DNA of 64,000 nt from Octopus vulgaris (lineage: Eukaryota): assembly GCA_951406725.2 (NCBI GenBank), contig OX597819.1, forward strand, positions 5,394,001 through 5,458,000, read 5' to 3'. The notes below the pieces were generated by a model. That model was not told the origin of the DNA, did no database searches, and worked only from the letters and a program-made list of their open reading frames with translations. The stretch's first letter is position 1; the number at the start of each line of letters is the position of its first letter. Below, one piece after another: positions 54,154 to 64,000 of the stretch. The position numbers and the translations under genes are program-made.

Positions 54154-54884
54154 TTTAAGATACAACAAAGGAGTTTTAAGACTAGCAGTCCATAGGAGCA
54201 CCATTATGCTAAGTTCTCATAGCTAGCAGACTCTGTTAAAGGTTTAGCAATTTAGAAAAACAAAAAAAGCATGAGTGAAGTTTCTTTATAGTGGAATGAG
54301 GTCAGTAATATTGAACTGCTCTGTATTTATTTCTGGTATTTATTTTTCTTAATATCAATTAGGGAAAAGTGGAGATGCATGGCTTAGTGGTTAGGGTGTT
54401 GGACTCATGATTGTGGCTTTGATTCCTGGACTGGGTGATGTGTTGAGCAAAATGCTTCACTTCACTTTGCTCTCTAGTACACTCAGCTGGCAAAAATGAG
54501 TAATCTTGTGATGGACTAGTATCCCATCCAGGAAATCGGAAAACTGGCTCTCATGAGTCAGTCTCACTTGAGAAGGCAACCTGCTGTCATTATCCTCACT
54601 GGTGCATGTTCCCGTATGACCTTGCCCTTTGTCCAGATACACATTCTCATCCTGCATGGTAGCTGGGCTTTAAAAGGCTTAGTTGTTTTCCATGGCAACA
54701 TGTTCTGACTGAACTGTCTTCTCAACGGTTATCAATTCACAGAGGTATGTGACACTTAGGTTTTCTTCCACAATTAAAAGTGAGAGGTAAGCTTTATTGC
54801 TAATTAGTACACCCAAAAGATGGCTACAATAATGCATATATGCATACCCGTAGTATATGATAAATGTGAAATAAACATAAACTA

Positions 54885-55065
54885 TCATCATCATCATCAT
54901 TTAACGTCCGTTGTCCATGCTGGTGTGCGTTGGACAGTTTTGACCAGGGCTGGTAAGCTGGAAGGTTGCACCAGACTCTAGTCTGATTTGGCATGGTTTT
55001 CTATGGCTGGATGCCCTTCCTAATGCCAACCACTCTGAGAGCGTAAAGGGTGCCATTTGCGTGAC
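54885..55065 (-). mobile_element. RTE LINE 3' end fragment (diverged)
   Basis: (ATC)n plus similarity to the RTE tail. Confidence 0.7.
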
Positions 55066-55189
55066 ACCGGTATCTGCCATGACTGAGATTTTGCCCGGCT
55101 TGATTGGTCTTCTTCTCAAGCACAACATAATGCCAAAGGTCTCAGTTGTTGCATCTGTGAGGCCCAACACTCAAAGGGAACTCAGCCAC

Positions 55190-55501
55190 TTTGCCTCTTT
55201 GAGACAAAAAATGAGATACAACGAATCTTATTTGAAATTTAGTTTTACTGTGATAAAGTCCGGTGGAGAAGGGAAGCCACAGTGTCATTTTGTACCCCGA
55301 GGTTTCGGTATCTACTTCCTGTGTGATCAAGTTTGGATTTTATCAATCTGTCAGCTTCGTGTCTGAAGAAGTAGACATCTCTATTTATTGAACAGGGATG
55401 CTTCGTTTTCAAGTGCCTCTTTAGCTTATTGGGTGAACCATTGAAAAACTGCAAGGACTGAGACCAGCACGTAAAATTTTTTGAAAGTTTGAGAACCACT
55501 G
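55190..55501 (-). mobile_element. hAT/Charlie-type remnant
   Basis: cagtggttctcaaac terminus on -. PNKLKRHLKTKH BED-finger fragment. Confidence 0.6.
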
Positions 55502-56045
55502 TAGTAGTGCATGACTAAAAAGTAGTGTATTATAATAGTAGTGTATGACTATATAGTCGTGTATGTGTATTTTAATTAGTAATATATGATTTTGGTTGTG
55601 TATGTATATGATATATAATAGCATATGACTATATAGTAGTCCACTATATGCAAATGGGGCAGGATTAAATTAAAATAGCCATCTATGCATCATATTTAAT
55701 GTATACACACTGTTGACAGGCAAATTACTCTTATGGACTTGCTGTGTTAAAACACACAATAAATATCAGAGAGGTATGAAAAGCCATTCTAGCTGTGGCC
55801 AGCAAGAACGTCAGATGTACTTCAGCCTTTGTGAACTTTTTCAATGACGCACAGCCTGCCACATGCGTGGATGAGAATCCATCATCATTGATAAAGGGAA
55901 AAAGAAATTAAGCATTAACTGATGTTTCAAATAACTGGCTGACCGACCAAAAATCCACTATATGCAATTGAGGCAGTATTTAAGTAAATTAGCCATCTAT
56001 GTATCATATATTAATGTATGTACACTGTTGACAGGCCAGTTCTTG

Positions 56046-56507
56046 CAGTATTTGTCCTAAGATAACATCTCCTATGGGCATTTGGTGTTTTCACTGGTTG
56101 CTGCTGGGAAAAATTATTGTCTCTTTCTGCTATCCACTGATGTTCATGAGAGAAGTTATCTTAGGACAAAAATCGCAGGGTTTTGGCAGGTAAAGATCCC
56201 CTTTGGTCATGAGTCACCATGGGATTGCACCTAGAAAGTTACCCTCTGAAGCACAAGCCCAGGCAAGGTTGTTTATAAAAGACCAGCAGTCACCCATGCG
56301 TATCAGCCTCCCGTCTCCATGCTACCGATGTTATCCAAGGGAAAGACTCACGTAGCTTGGCACCAGTAACGTCGTAACTCATTTGAACATCTGAATGAAT
56401 AGGAGCAACGTGAAATAAAGGGTCTTGCTCAACAACACAACACACAGCCCTGTCCAGGAATCGAACTCACTATCTCACGCACCTTCACTATCTTAGGACA
56501 AATACTG
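56046..56507. mobile_element. Small MITE with a SINE (56171-56488, -) inserted in its right TIR
   Basis: 19 bp TIR cagtatttgtcctaagata / tatcttaggacaaatactg. 14 bp TSD tatcttaggacaaa (56157-56170, 56489-56502). gagttcgattcc B-box in the insert. Confidence 0.7.
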
Positions 56508-56712
56508 TAGTAATTGGCCTTCGATAGAGTGTATAGAAATTTGGTAGCCCATATTGGAAAGTGCAGAGGGTTTTCATTTTGATTGCCAAACAGCAGATCC
56601 TCTGGGTGATAGGTTAACTACATGCATGCTTGAATGCAAGAATTTAAGCTATTCCAAGGGTGAGATGTATCAAACATTTCCAGTGACTAGCAATTGCACA
56701 ACAGATATTAAC

Positions 56713-57132
56713 AAGCGCAGGAGTGGCTGTGTGGTAAGTAGCTTGCTAACCAACCATATGGTTCCGGGTTCAGTCCTACTGCGTGGCATCTTGGGCAAGT
56801 GTCTTCTGCTATAGCCCCGGGCCGACCAATGCCTTGTGAGTGGATTTGGTAGACGGAAACTGAAAGAAGCCTGTCATATGTATGTATATATATATAAGTG
56901 TGTGTGTATATGTTTGTGTGTCTGTGTTTGTCCCCCCAGCATTGCTTGACAACCGATGCTGGTGTGTTTACGTCCCCGTCACTTAGCGGTTCGGCAAAAG
57001 AGACCGATAGAATAAGTACTGGGCTTACAAAGAATAAGTCCCGGGGTCGATTTGCTCGACTAAAGGCGGTGCTGCAGCATGGCCGCAGTCAAATGACTGA
57101 AACAAGTAAAAGAGTAAAAGAGTAAGAGAGTA
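56713..57132 (+). mobile_element. SINE family B
   Basis: Full-length copy. Confidence 0.9.
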
Positions 57133-57962
57133 AGCCCCAATCATTGGATTAGGTAGGCTAGACATTTGCAAACGTTGTTATTTCTAGTAGCATAATAAAA
57201 GTGATTAAACTACTTTGGTACTACTGGGAGAAAACCACTGTATTATGTTATTTAGTCATTGTTGTTTTTGTTGTTAATTGGATAGTATAACTCCCCGTTC
57301 CAGCTGCTAAGTCTGCTATGATTTAGTATTATTGTTTCAAATAGATAAAACAGAATTTCATTGCTCTTTATTCTGCATACCTTTGTTATCTAACTAGGCA
57401 AATTATATCGTACAATCTGTGTGTGTGTGTGTGTGTGTGTGTATTACATTTCTATGTTTTCAACAACAGCGATAACACTTTAGCTCCTCCAACCAAACGA
57501 AAAACAAAATTTTTCCCATCTAGTTTTTGTTTTTAAACTCTTTGATTTTTCAATTTTTAATATTTCCGCTCTTAAACACGGAAATTACGATTCCGAAAAA
57601 TAATTTTTTTTTCTCAAAATAACGACATTTATAAAAAAAACAAACAAACGAGTAAACAAAAAGAAATACATCAGCCTTGTTGAACTGACAATTCACAATT
57701 CCCACTACCCAAACATTAGAAAATCCCCTACCCTTTATCATTGAGAAGGTGAAATAGAATTTGTAGTCCTATACTTTAGTATGTTGGAAAGCTTTAAAAG
57801 CTTCAAAAGCTTCTCTTTAAAAGCTTTAAAAGCTTCTCTTTCTTATCGACATGACAATTGGCACGTTACTTTTTTTTTTTCATTTTTGTCATTCTTCACA
57901 CGCTCACAGAGGTGGAGAGCTGCCACATTGTATAAGAAACACGGCAGCAGTACACTGTAAAC

Positions 57963-60900
57963 CAGTGTTTCCCAAACTTTTCGCGCTAAATAGCAATATC
58001 ACTCACTTATCGCCCCCCCCCCAATGCTCCATCGCCCACCTGTGTAAAAAAAAACCCTGTCACAACCCCCCAACACAAAATCCCCTAGCAAGCCTCATAC
58101 CATTTGACACACTCTATCGTAGACTCGTTGCCCTGTTAGTGCCGTTTGGACTAAATATGCGGTTGTTTACAAATCCTTTATTGTGGGTTTAGTTTTGTCA
58201 TTAGTGTCAATAAAATTCTAACGTTAACTCTATATTAAGCAGACAGATTAACTTCTGGAAATTTGCGCTTTCTTTTACACTGATTTTCATTTCCCCCAAA
58301 TGAACCACTGATCAGAATTACCGATGCAAAAATAATTAATGATTGTATTATAAAGGAAAATAACAAAAGTTTTTAATGAGAACCATGTGTCTGGTGCGAG
58401 GCAGCTTGAGCAGATACATTCGGTTCCAAACTTGTCAACTTTAGCCACACATCTCCTCGTTGTGTCGCATCCAGTCCAATTCTTTTATGGGAACGCAAAG
58501 TTCCAACATGATTAAAACCAGATTCAACCAGGTGTGAGGTAGGGAAGGCAAGCAAAAGTAATTTCAGGTGTTTCCACAGACTGGGGGTAGGAATTCAATA
58601 TTCTCTGATGGTACCACAAACATTCTTTGCCATTATGGCGATATCGCATTGTGGCGTCATCGTCAATTTGTAATTCTATGAATTCCTCCTGGACATCATC
58701 CTCGCAATCGACTGCATCGACCTCAAACGGATTGCTATACCAATTTGGAATATTCAGCGCAATAACAACTCGAAATCGCTCCACCATGTTATCATGCAAT
58801 GATTGTAAATAGTTGCGATACGTAGTTAAATCCTCATCAACTAATTCATCTTTCAAAGAATCAAGTTGTGGAAATTGATGGAATTGACATTTTGGAATGT
58901 TAGTCTTAAACAACTCCAATTTCGAAATGAAGGTCAGTGATAAATTATCTACAATCAACGGGAATTTTTCTGTTTCCTTGCAATAACTTATTAAAAATCA
59001 TTTAATTTTGTGAATATATCACAAAGAAAAAAAGATATCGCACCTTGCAGCCATCAATGAAGCGGATAGTGGAATATCTTCAAAGAAAGATATGATTATA
59101 TGAAACAGTTCAACAAAGCGTAAAACACAGTTTCCTTTTGACAGCCACTGCACTTCAGTATGGTATAAGAGTTTAGTATGGTCCTCATCATTTCTCAGAC
59201 AGAGTTGACGAAAAATTCGATCAGACAAGGGACTGGACTTCAATTTGTTCACAGTCTTGGTAACTAACTGTAGCGCATCACTCAATTTACTGTTCATATT
59301 TTTGCCACTAAATGCTGCCAGTGTGCCAAGCAATGAACAGTTAGTATCTGGTGGGAAATTTCACGCTTTAGGAGAGATGAAAAACCTTTGTCATGTTCCA
59401 ATCGTCGAAGGGGCGCCACCAGATGCACAGGCAAGAATATTACTGAGTGGGATATTATGTTCAAAAAGGAAAGACTTGAGTGTGTGAACATTAGTCACAC
59501 CTTTTGAATCAAGCAGCAATTTCTCTGTGAACAGCATTTCCTCACAAAGTTGAAGGTCTTCGCTGAAATACCGAACATACACCATCATCAAACATTGATT
59601 GTCAACAACAGTTGACTCATCCACTTGTATAGAAAATTCAGAACCCTGGAGAATATTAATGAGCTGATGTTTGACATCGTTGGCCATTTCATCGATGCGT
59701 CGAGAAATTGTGTTATTACTAAGTGGGATCTTTTTCATAATGTTATTGGGATTTTCGTGCACAACGGCTGATAAAACCTCTTCGATAACTGGGCGAAGTA
59801 ATGTTTCTCCAATTGTGTGAAACTTTGCAGACTTAGCAACAAGCAATGCAACGTTGTACGATGCAACCAACCCGTCATTCTCCTGTTTACTAGTTTCCTG
59901 GAGTAGCGTGTTCAATGTTTGTGTTTGCTTTTTGAAAGAGGAGCTCAGCTGCAAAAAGTATGACAACGGCTTGTCCTTCTTGTTAGAATGCTTTGCATCA
60001 AAGTGATACTTCAAGCGTGAAGGTTTCATTGCTTTGTTGGTTAATGTTTGAAGGCAAAGAAGGCACATTGGTAACTGACAGTTCTGAGGAGAGGGAATAA
60101 ATCCAAACAATAAATATTTACTACTGTACAGTCGACAAATTTTCTTGACTGGAGGCATCAGAAAATTGAAAATGAGAAAACGAATTTCTACAGATGGCGT
60201 TAGAAAGGCAGTATGGTATTCTCAAAGAGAAGTTAATAGAGCAGAGTCAGATGACACGTCTTCGCTGGAGCAAATACGGATCTAGTTCGTTTGGCTGCCA
60301 GCATTTCAAAAATTAAAGTTTATCGAAAATTTTAAAATTTGGCACATTAATGTACTTTTCCAAGCTACATTGCTAGAGTTATTCAACTTTTTCCAGAAAT
60401 GAAGTTTCTTCAACAATGGATGACGGGCACACCAAGCAACACAAGTTGCTGCATCAGACGAAGATCAAACACGTGTCGTAACTGTACGAGGTTTAAAGTT
60501 TATTTTCACCCAGTCAAGAAACACGATTTCAAAGACGCCATTTTGTACGCGACTGTAAATTTTGTTAGCATCCTGAAAATAGCACTTTGTTTTGATATGA
60601 AACCACAGAATGACGCATGACATATAACACCTCGTAACTTTTTTTTTTTTCGGAGTTTTCAGGAAATTTTTGCGAATTTGAATTCTACACGCGGGACTTC
60701 ATACGGTTATGACAAAAATAATTGTAGTGGAGTGAAATTTAAAACCTAGGTCTATTTGGCTGCTGTTTTTAGTACGCATCACAACCATCTCAATGACTGC
60801 GACAAAATTATTCAGTCGATAAATAAGTCCGCGTTTTTGCTACAAAGGGACGTCTCATGCGAGTAGTCAAATCGATAAAGGTGCATCCTTATTCTAGGTA

Positions 60901-61058
60901 TGCCTAGATATCAGTAAATGCAGACTTAATTTCTAAAAATTCATTGTCACCCACAAAATGTTCATATCACCCGCCAAAATCTTAAATCGCCCACCATTTT
61001 CTAGAAATTCGCCCATCGCCCACCTCTAAGTTGAAATCGCCCACTTTGGGAAGCTATG
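57963..61058 (-). mobile_element. Full-length decayed hAT transposon, Buster/Charlie (ZBED5/8-like) family
   Basis: TIRs cagtgtttcccaaa / tttgggaagctatg. 8 bp TSD ctgTAaac (57955-57962, 61059-61066). atcgccc subterminal repeats at both ends. Confidence 0.93.
58373..60158 (-). pseudogene. Frameshifted Buster-type hAT transposase
   Basis: CLLC..MKPSRLKYHF..KH, FSIQVDEST, VHCLAH, YHTEVQWLSKG and FPTSHLVESGF across five ORF pieces. Confidence 0.92.
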
Positions 61059-61836
61059 CTGTAAACTATCACTGACACACTACCTCCCAATTTTTCTTTT
61101 TTCTTCCAGTATGGAACAGTTCGACAGGTCGTTATGCAGTATCATCAATTTGTATCTGGTGGTGGGAAGGACACATTGAACAGCATAGTCCACAAGATCA
61201 AAACAGTAATTTAATGTAAATTTGTAAAATAAAAAATTCATTATTTTTCTCAGTAGATACCTTTGCCTGATTCTTATAGACATTGCAATTCGTACCAACT
61301 CAGGACTAAAAAAAAAAAAACTTTCCTGTGGCACTTGACTCAAGTAGGTTCATTCGATAACAAAATCTCTCTAAACTATGCTTGCTTACATATCATATCC
61401 ACTTGCACAGTCGTGGAGGATAATTTTCAGCCAGCTAGTACAAGTGTTCGCATATTTGGTAATTTTCTATTTGACGTTCGTAAAATTATAGTGATCCCAA
61501 AAGCGTTATTTCAATAAAACATTTCATAATTATAACGAAGAGCGAGTAAAAAGTGAGAAAAAAATGTTTAGTCTTATTTTGAATAGAGTTTCGCCGTGGA
61601 CACATGTGAAGTTTCTTCAACAATCGATGACGGGCACAGCAAGCAATATAAGTTGCTACATCAGACGAAGATCGAACTGTACGCCTTCATTGATTATCTA
61701 TAAGAATTTTGATGAGATTCACAATAAAACAAGGAGCAGCAGAGCGTCCACGAGACATGCTGAGTTGAAATGAAAGTGAAACTAAAACAAATGAGCGTAA
61801 AATTGGAAATTACCGCATATTTTCTTAGTTAGATGT

Positions 61837-62220
61837 GGATGGAAGCACTCCGTCGGTTGCGACGATGAGGGTTCCGGTTGATCCGAATCAACGGAACAGC
61901 TTGCTCGTGATATTAACGTGTAAGTGGCTGAGCACTCCACGTGCACCCTTAACGTAGTTCTTGGGGATATTCAGCGTGACACAGAGAGTGACAAGGCCGG
62001 CCCTTTGAAATACAGGTACAACAGAAACAGGAAGTAAGAGTGAGAGAAAGTTTGTGGTGAAAGAGTACAGCAGGGATCACCACCATCCCCTGCCGGAGCC
62101 TCGTGGAGCTTTTAGGTGTTTTCGCTCAATAAATACTCACAACGCCCGGTCTGGGAATCGAAACCGCGATCCTCCGACCGCGAGTCCGCTGCCCTAACCA
62201 CTGGGCCATTGCGCCTCCAC
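61837..62220 (-). mobile_element. SINE family A, full length
   Basis: 11 bp TSD tagttagatgt (61826-61836, 62221-62231). Confidence 0.92.
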
Positions 62221-62491
62221 TAGTTAGATGTAATTAAGTCTATGTTCAGACCAATGGTTTCACATCCACGAAAGCTTAGCCACATGGACTAGTAAGCCCT
62301 TTATGTGTGTGTGTGTGTGTGTGTGCATCGTCAATGAATCATATACTCGAAAAAGAAGCACACTCTAAAGCAGCGCTCCTTAAACTTTTACCATTCACGA
62401 CCCCATTTCTCATCACGAGATTTTTCACTCTATGACCGGACATAGGCTTAACTACATATAAATACATTACTGCGCTTCTTAAACTATGGGT

Positions 62492-62968
62492 CGGATCTTT
62501 TCCTTTTGAACGGCACTTTATAACATAATTTCTAGGTAACTAAAAAGTTTTATACTTCATATACTGGTAGAATGTGTTTATAAAACATCATTTTCTCTTG
62601 GCTTTATTGAGAAAATTCTATAGGTTGTAACATATTTCGTCTTTAATTTTGAGCATTTCGGCAATTTTAACCAATCGCTGACGTCCGTTTAGGTAAATAA
62701 CATTCTGTGCATAATGAATATGTCCCTCCTTTAAGAAACAGATTGGGTTTATTTACATTTGTAAAGAAAAAAAGATACCGTTCCCCAACTCCTAACCCTA
62801 ATTCTAACCCTAAATCTAAATTAGATTGAAATGCAATAGATCGATACTAGGGCTATAATTATGGGTGACATTTTCATTTGACACCGCTAGAAAAAAATCC
62901 CATTTTCCGTAGCGGTGTCGTATGAAATTGTCACCCATAATTATAACCCTAGTATCGATCTATTGCAT
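62492..62968. repeat. MITE-like fragment with cctaaccctaa motifs ending in a ~59 bp fold-back
   Basis: Inverted arms 62831-62889 / 62910-62968. Confidence 0.5.
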
Positions 62969-63157
62969 CCCCCCCAACATCGCTTGATAACCGATGCTGG
63001 TGTGTTTACATCCCCGTAACATAGTGGTTCGGCAAAAGAGGCCGATAGAATAAGTACTAGGTTTACAAAGAATAAGTCCTGGGGTCGATTTGCTCGACTA
63101 AAGGCGGTGCTCCAGCATGGTCACAGTCAAATGACTGAAACAATTAAAAGAGTTAAA
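62969..63157 (+). mobile_element. SINE family B 3' half
   Basis: Matches 56932-57120. Confidence 0.85.
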
Positions 63158-63159
63158 GT

Positions 63160-63331
63160 CTTCAAAATCATTTGGACGGAAAAAAATATGAATTCTGTAG
63201 ACGAGGTCGTAACAGTACTAGAGGAGTATTTTTCGTCACAGACGAGTGAATTTTGGGAGAGGAACCTTACAAGTCTACCAGATAAATGGAAGAGCATTGT
63301 AGAAAATGAAGGAGAGTATATTTTAGATTAA
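63160..63331 (+). mobile_element. Mariner transposase C-terminal remnant
   Basis: NSVDEV..LEEYFSSQTSEFWERNLTSLPDKWKSIVENEGEYILD*. Confidence 0.7.
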
Positions 63332-63959
63332 AAAAGACATTTATCTTAATTTTGAAAATAAAAGGAGTATGGTATATACATCGTTGCTATTATGTTAAAC
63401 TGTCGTATGTCCAAATTTGGCTATATGCGGTTTTTTTTCAGTATTTATTTATGTTTGTAATAGCCGGTATTTTTGGTCAAACTATCGTATCTCCAGCTGC
63501 TTCAGATGCCAAGTTATCAAAAATTGTCAAAGTGTAGTTTTGCTATGGAATGGTAAAACTATTTTTTCGTTTTCAGAAAAAAAAACAAAACGTTTTGGAT
63601 TTACGACACTTTTGCATAATAACGACGACATATATATGTGTACACACACACACACATGTTACATAAACATTAAATTTCGCACTTCAGTTTTCCTTTCTAT
63701 CACTTCCATTTCTTATTGTATTGTGGCCATTTCAAGTTCCGTTTCTTTAGCATTTTATTACACAACCGGAAAATTATACTCGTATAATCTGATTTTGTGT
63801 AAAAAGCTCTTAATTTTTATCTAATTGTTTTTGTCGAAAAATTTATAAACTGAAGCATTACTGTACAGGATGTGTTTTGACAATGCTGACAACATATTTT
63901 GATCTGTGCGTGACTGGCGACAGGGAAACTCAAATACGCTTTATATAGATTATCTACAG

Positions 63960-64000
63960 TGGAAGCACTCCGTCGGTTACGACGACGAGGGTTCCGGTTG
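63960..64000 (-). mobile_element. SINE family A 3' end (runs off window)
   Basis: ggaagcactccgtcggttacgacgacgagggttccgg. Confidence 0.85.

Noticed and set aside
58373-60158. Domesticated ZBED5/ZBED8/SCAND3-like host gene
   Set aside because: Frameshifted and bracketed by TIRs and an 8 bp TSD, so it is a transposon copy.
61110-61214. Plus-strand segment after a strong polypyrimidine/AG (YGTVRQVVMQYHQFVSGGGKDTLNSIVHKIKTVI*)
   Set aside because: No partner exons found, no recognisable domain. Could be chance.
63352-63824. Hydrophobic ORFs at the window end
   Set aside because: AT-rich low-complexity translations, with no splice support linking them to a gene.

Overview
AT-rich, repeat-dense eukaryotic (animal) DNA. 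The SINE/LINE families, (GAT)n tails and very long (TA)n tracts point to a coleoid cephalopod, probably Octopus (inference). Two convergent spliced host genes can be reconstructed by hand. (1) The last two coding exons of a Kelch-repeat gene lie on + (1869-2083, 6356-6631). (2) An unrecognised small Cys-containing, probably GPI-anchored protein lies on - (exons 37908-37855, 30459-30372, 28925-28741, 22595-22516), with all splice phases matching. A young, full-length 4.25 kb Ty3/Gypsy-like LTR retrotransposon (23219-27465, 275 bp LTRs, ACATG TSD) sits in the last intron of gene 2. It has a GGGAAAC + H-type pseudoknot -1 frameshift signal and no canonical TGG primer-binding site. Instead, the 12 nt after the 5' LTR are the exact reverse complement of the 5' end of metazoan tRNA-Phe, which suggests an unusual priming mode and is the most striking observation here. 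The rest is TE debris: a full-length decayed hAT/Buster element, mariner, Tc1 and maT relics, RTE LINEs with a PHD-like finger inside the RT, CR1, R4/Dong-like and Penelope-like remnants with hammerhead-like motifs, five non-autonomous Helitrons, three or four tRNA-derived SINE families, and several templated-duplication/inversion scars. Most entries in the ORF track are microsatellite or antisense artefacts.
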